From Elusimicrobiota bacterium (lineage in GTDB: Bacteria > Elusimicrobiota > Elusimicrobia > Elusimicrobiales > UBA9959): a stretch of DNA of 64,000 nt. Shown piece after piece: positions 62,985-64,000 of this stretch. Under the pieces are notes generated by a model. The model did no database searches, was not told the origin of the DNA, and saw nothing but the letters and a program-made list of their open reading frames with translations. The stretch's first letter is position 1. Each line of letters begins with the position of its first letter. Location: assembly GCA_026388155.1 (NCBI GenBank), contig JAPLKI010000016.1:198705-262704 (forward strand). The letters are read 5' to 3'. The translations under genes were made by a program, and so were the position numbers.

Positions 62985-63359
62985 ATGGTAAAAAATATTC
63001 AGGAATATTACCAATGCATACTGGACAACCTTACCGGCGGACTTGTAAGCGTGGACATGAGCGGAAAGGTGGTTTATATAAATCCCACCGCCGGCCGGAT
63101 ACTTCACCTTGAAAGTGTTCCCGGCTGCCTGGATAAGAAATACGACTCCGCTTTTGAAAGTTTCCCCGCGCTCAGGGATGTTATACGCGAAACCATTGAA
63201 ACCGGAAAAACCGTGCGGCGCGCTGAGATTTCCATCATGCACGCCAGCACCCCCCTTATAATCGGTTACAGCACCATGCAAGTGCGCGGCGCCGACGGCA
63301 AGGAAATGGGAGTTACCGTTATTTTTCAGGACATTTCTTTTGTGGCCGCAAAAAAATAG
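62985..63359 (+). CDS. Stand-alone PAS domain protein
   Basis: YQCILDNLTGGLVSVDMSGKVVYINPTAGRILHL is a typical PAS N-terminal segment, 124 aa. Confidence 0.6.
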   Translation: MVKNIQEYYQCILDNLTGGLVSVDMSGKVVYINPTAGRILHLESVPGCLDKKYDSAFESFPALRDVIRETIETGKTVRRAEISIMHASTPLIIGYSTMQVRGADGKEMGVTVIFQDISFVAAKK

Positions 63360-63361
63360 CC

Positions 63362-63676
63362 ATGACCAAAAGACATAAGGAGCCTAAAAGCCCCCATAAC
63401 CCCGCGCAGCCTTCCGCCGCCGCGGCCAACGCCGGGCAGAGTCAGTATCAGCAAGATCAAGCGGTACCTCCACAAACCCAGAACGATTCCGCGCCCGCGC
63501 CGGCTCCTTCCATGAAGAAGCCGTTGTTGGTTTTTTGGAGTGCGGTGATACTTGCCGTGGCCGTTTCATGGACGCTTGAACATTTCATGCCTTTGGCGCA
63601 CGAATACATAATTGAACGCTGTGTAATGCTTGTTTTCGGCGGCTTTCTGGCCGTTTTCCTCTTCTTCCTGAAATAG
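63362..63676 (+). CDS. Small membrane protein, hypothetical
   Basis: Disordered Q/P-rich N-terminus followed by two TM helices. Confidence 0.4.
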   Translation: MTKRHKEPKSPHNPAQPSAAAANAGQSQYQQDQAVPPQTQNDSAPAPAPSMKKPLLVFWSAVILAVAVSWTLEHFMPLAHEYIIERCVMLVFGGFLAVFLFFLK

Positions 63677-63685
63677 GATAACTAC

Positions 63686-63808
63686 TCAGGTAGACAGTGG
63701 GCCGTTTGATGGCCAGAGGCCTTTGAGACGGCACCTCCAAAGGATTGTCAGAATTCAGTAGTCAGAAGCAGGAATTCTGAATTCTGCATTCTAAATTCTG
63801 TCTCCTGC
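63686..63808. repeat. Word-palindrome element family W2, copy 4
   Basis: CAGGTAGACAG...GTCAGAATTCAGTAGTCAGAAGCAGGAATTCTGAATTCTGCATTCTAAATTCTGTCTCCTG. Confidence 0.65.
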
Positions 63809-63817
63809 CCTTTGACT

Positions 63818-64000
63818 ATGCCCCCAAAATACATCAACTACTATTCTGTTCTTGGCGTGTCCAAAACCGCCTCCGGGGCCGAAATAAAGTCGGCCTATCG
63901 AAAGCTTGCCCTCAAACATCATCCCGACCGCAACCCGGGAAACAAAACCGCCGAGGCTAAATTCAAGGAAATAAACGAGGCCAACGAAGTTCTGTCGGAC
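63818..64000 (+). CDS. J-domain protein (DnaJ/CbpA-like), N-terminal part, truncated by the window end
   Basis: [32 protein letters not shown], including the HPD motif. Confidence 0.85.
   Translation, partial: MPPKYINYYSVLGVSKTASGAEIKSAYRKLALKHHPDRNPGNKTAEAKFKEINEANEVLSD

Overview
This is a 64-kb, moderately GC-rich (about 55-60% by eye), gene-dense bacterial chromosomal window. About 80% of genes are on the minus strand. TolC-type proteins, beta-barrel outer-membrane proteins and a PorV-like porin indicate a diderm organism. A four-subunit ferredoxin-dependent 2-oxoacid oxidoreductase suggests an anaerobic lifestyle. I cannot assign a taxon from sequence alone.

Recognisable content, in order:
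- 2-oxoacid:ferredoxin oxidoreductase operon.
- A CheY-like receiver, a GT4 glycosyltransferase and a class-III aminotransferase.
- A LeuC/LeuD-like dehydratase, a family-III CoA-transferase, an HMG-CoA-lyase-like enzyme and an isocitrate/isopropylmalate-type dehydrogenase.
- A HEAT-repeat protein and MntP.
- Secreted GH13 and GH57 amylases, and oligoendopeptidase F.
- Two DEAD-box helicases, a beta-CASP RNase, GNATs and endonuclease I.
- A Kelch-repeat protein with a PorV-like porin, and an M14 carboxypeptidase.
- TetR-TolC-RND and MarR-TolC-EmrA-EmrB efflux operons.
- SatP, CspA, PspC and the start of a J-domain protein.

Most interesting signals:
1. A tRNA-Asn(GUU) gene is split by an IC3 group I intron that carries an HNH homing-endonuclease ORF.
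2. A ~150-nt structured noncoding motif is present twice, with multiple compensatory base-pair changes. It brackets a lipase gene and sits just upstream of a TetR-efflux operon.
3. A family of large GC-rich, hairpin-forming noncoding elements occurs at 25.6, 28.5, 33.5 and 35.1 kb. One is flanked by 27-bp direct repeats.
4. A 152-bp duplication of the carboxypeptidase 3' end brackets a 4.7-kb Kelch/PorV island.
5. Many intergenic and intra-operon spacers are imperfect palindromes built from short degenerate words.
6. The metabolic cluster has an HMG-CoA-lyase-type enzyme plus a CoA-transferase where a condensing synthase would be expected.

All functional calls rest on motifs read by eye. No searches were run.
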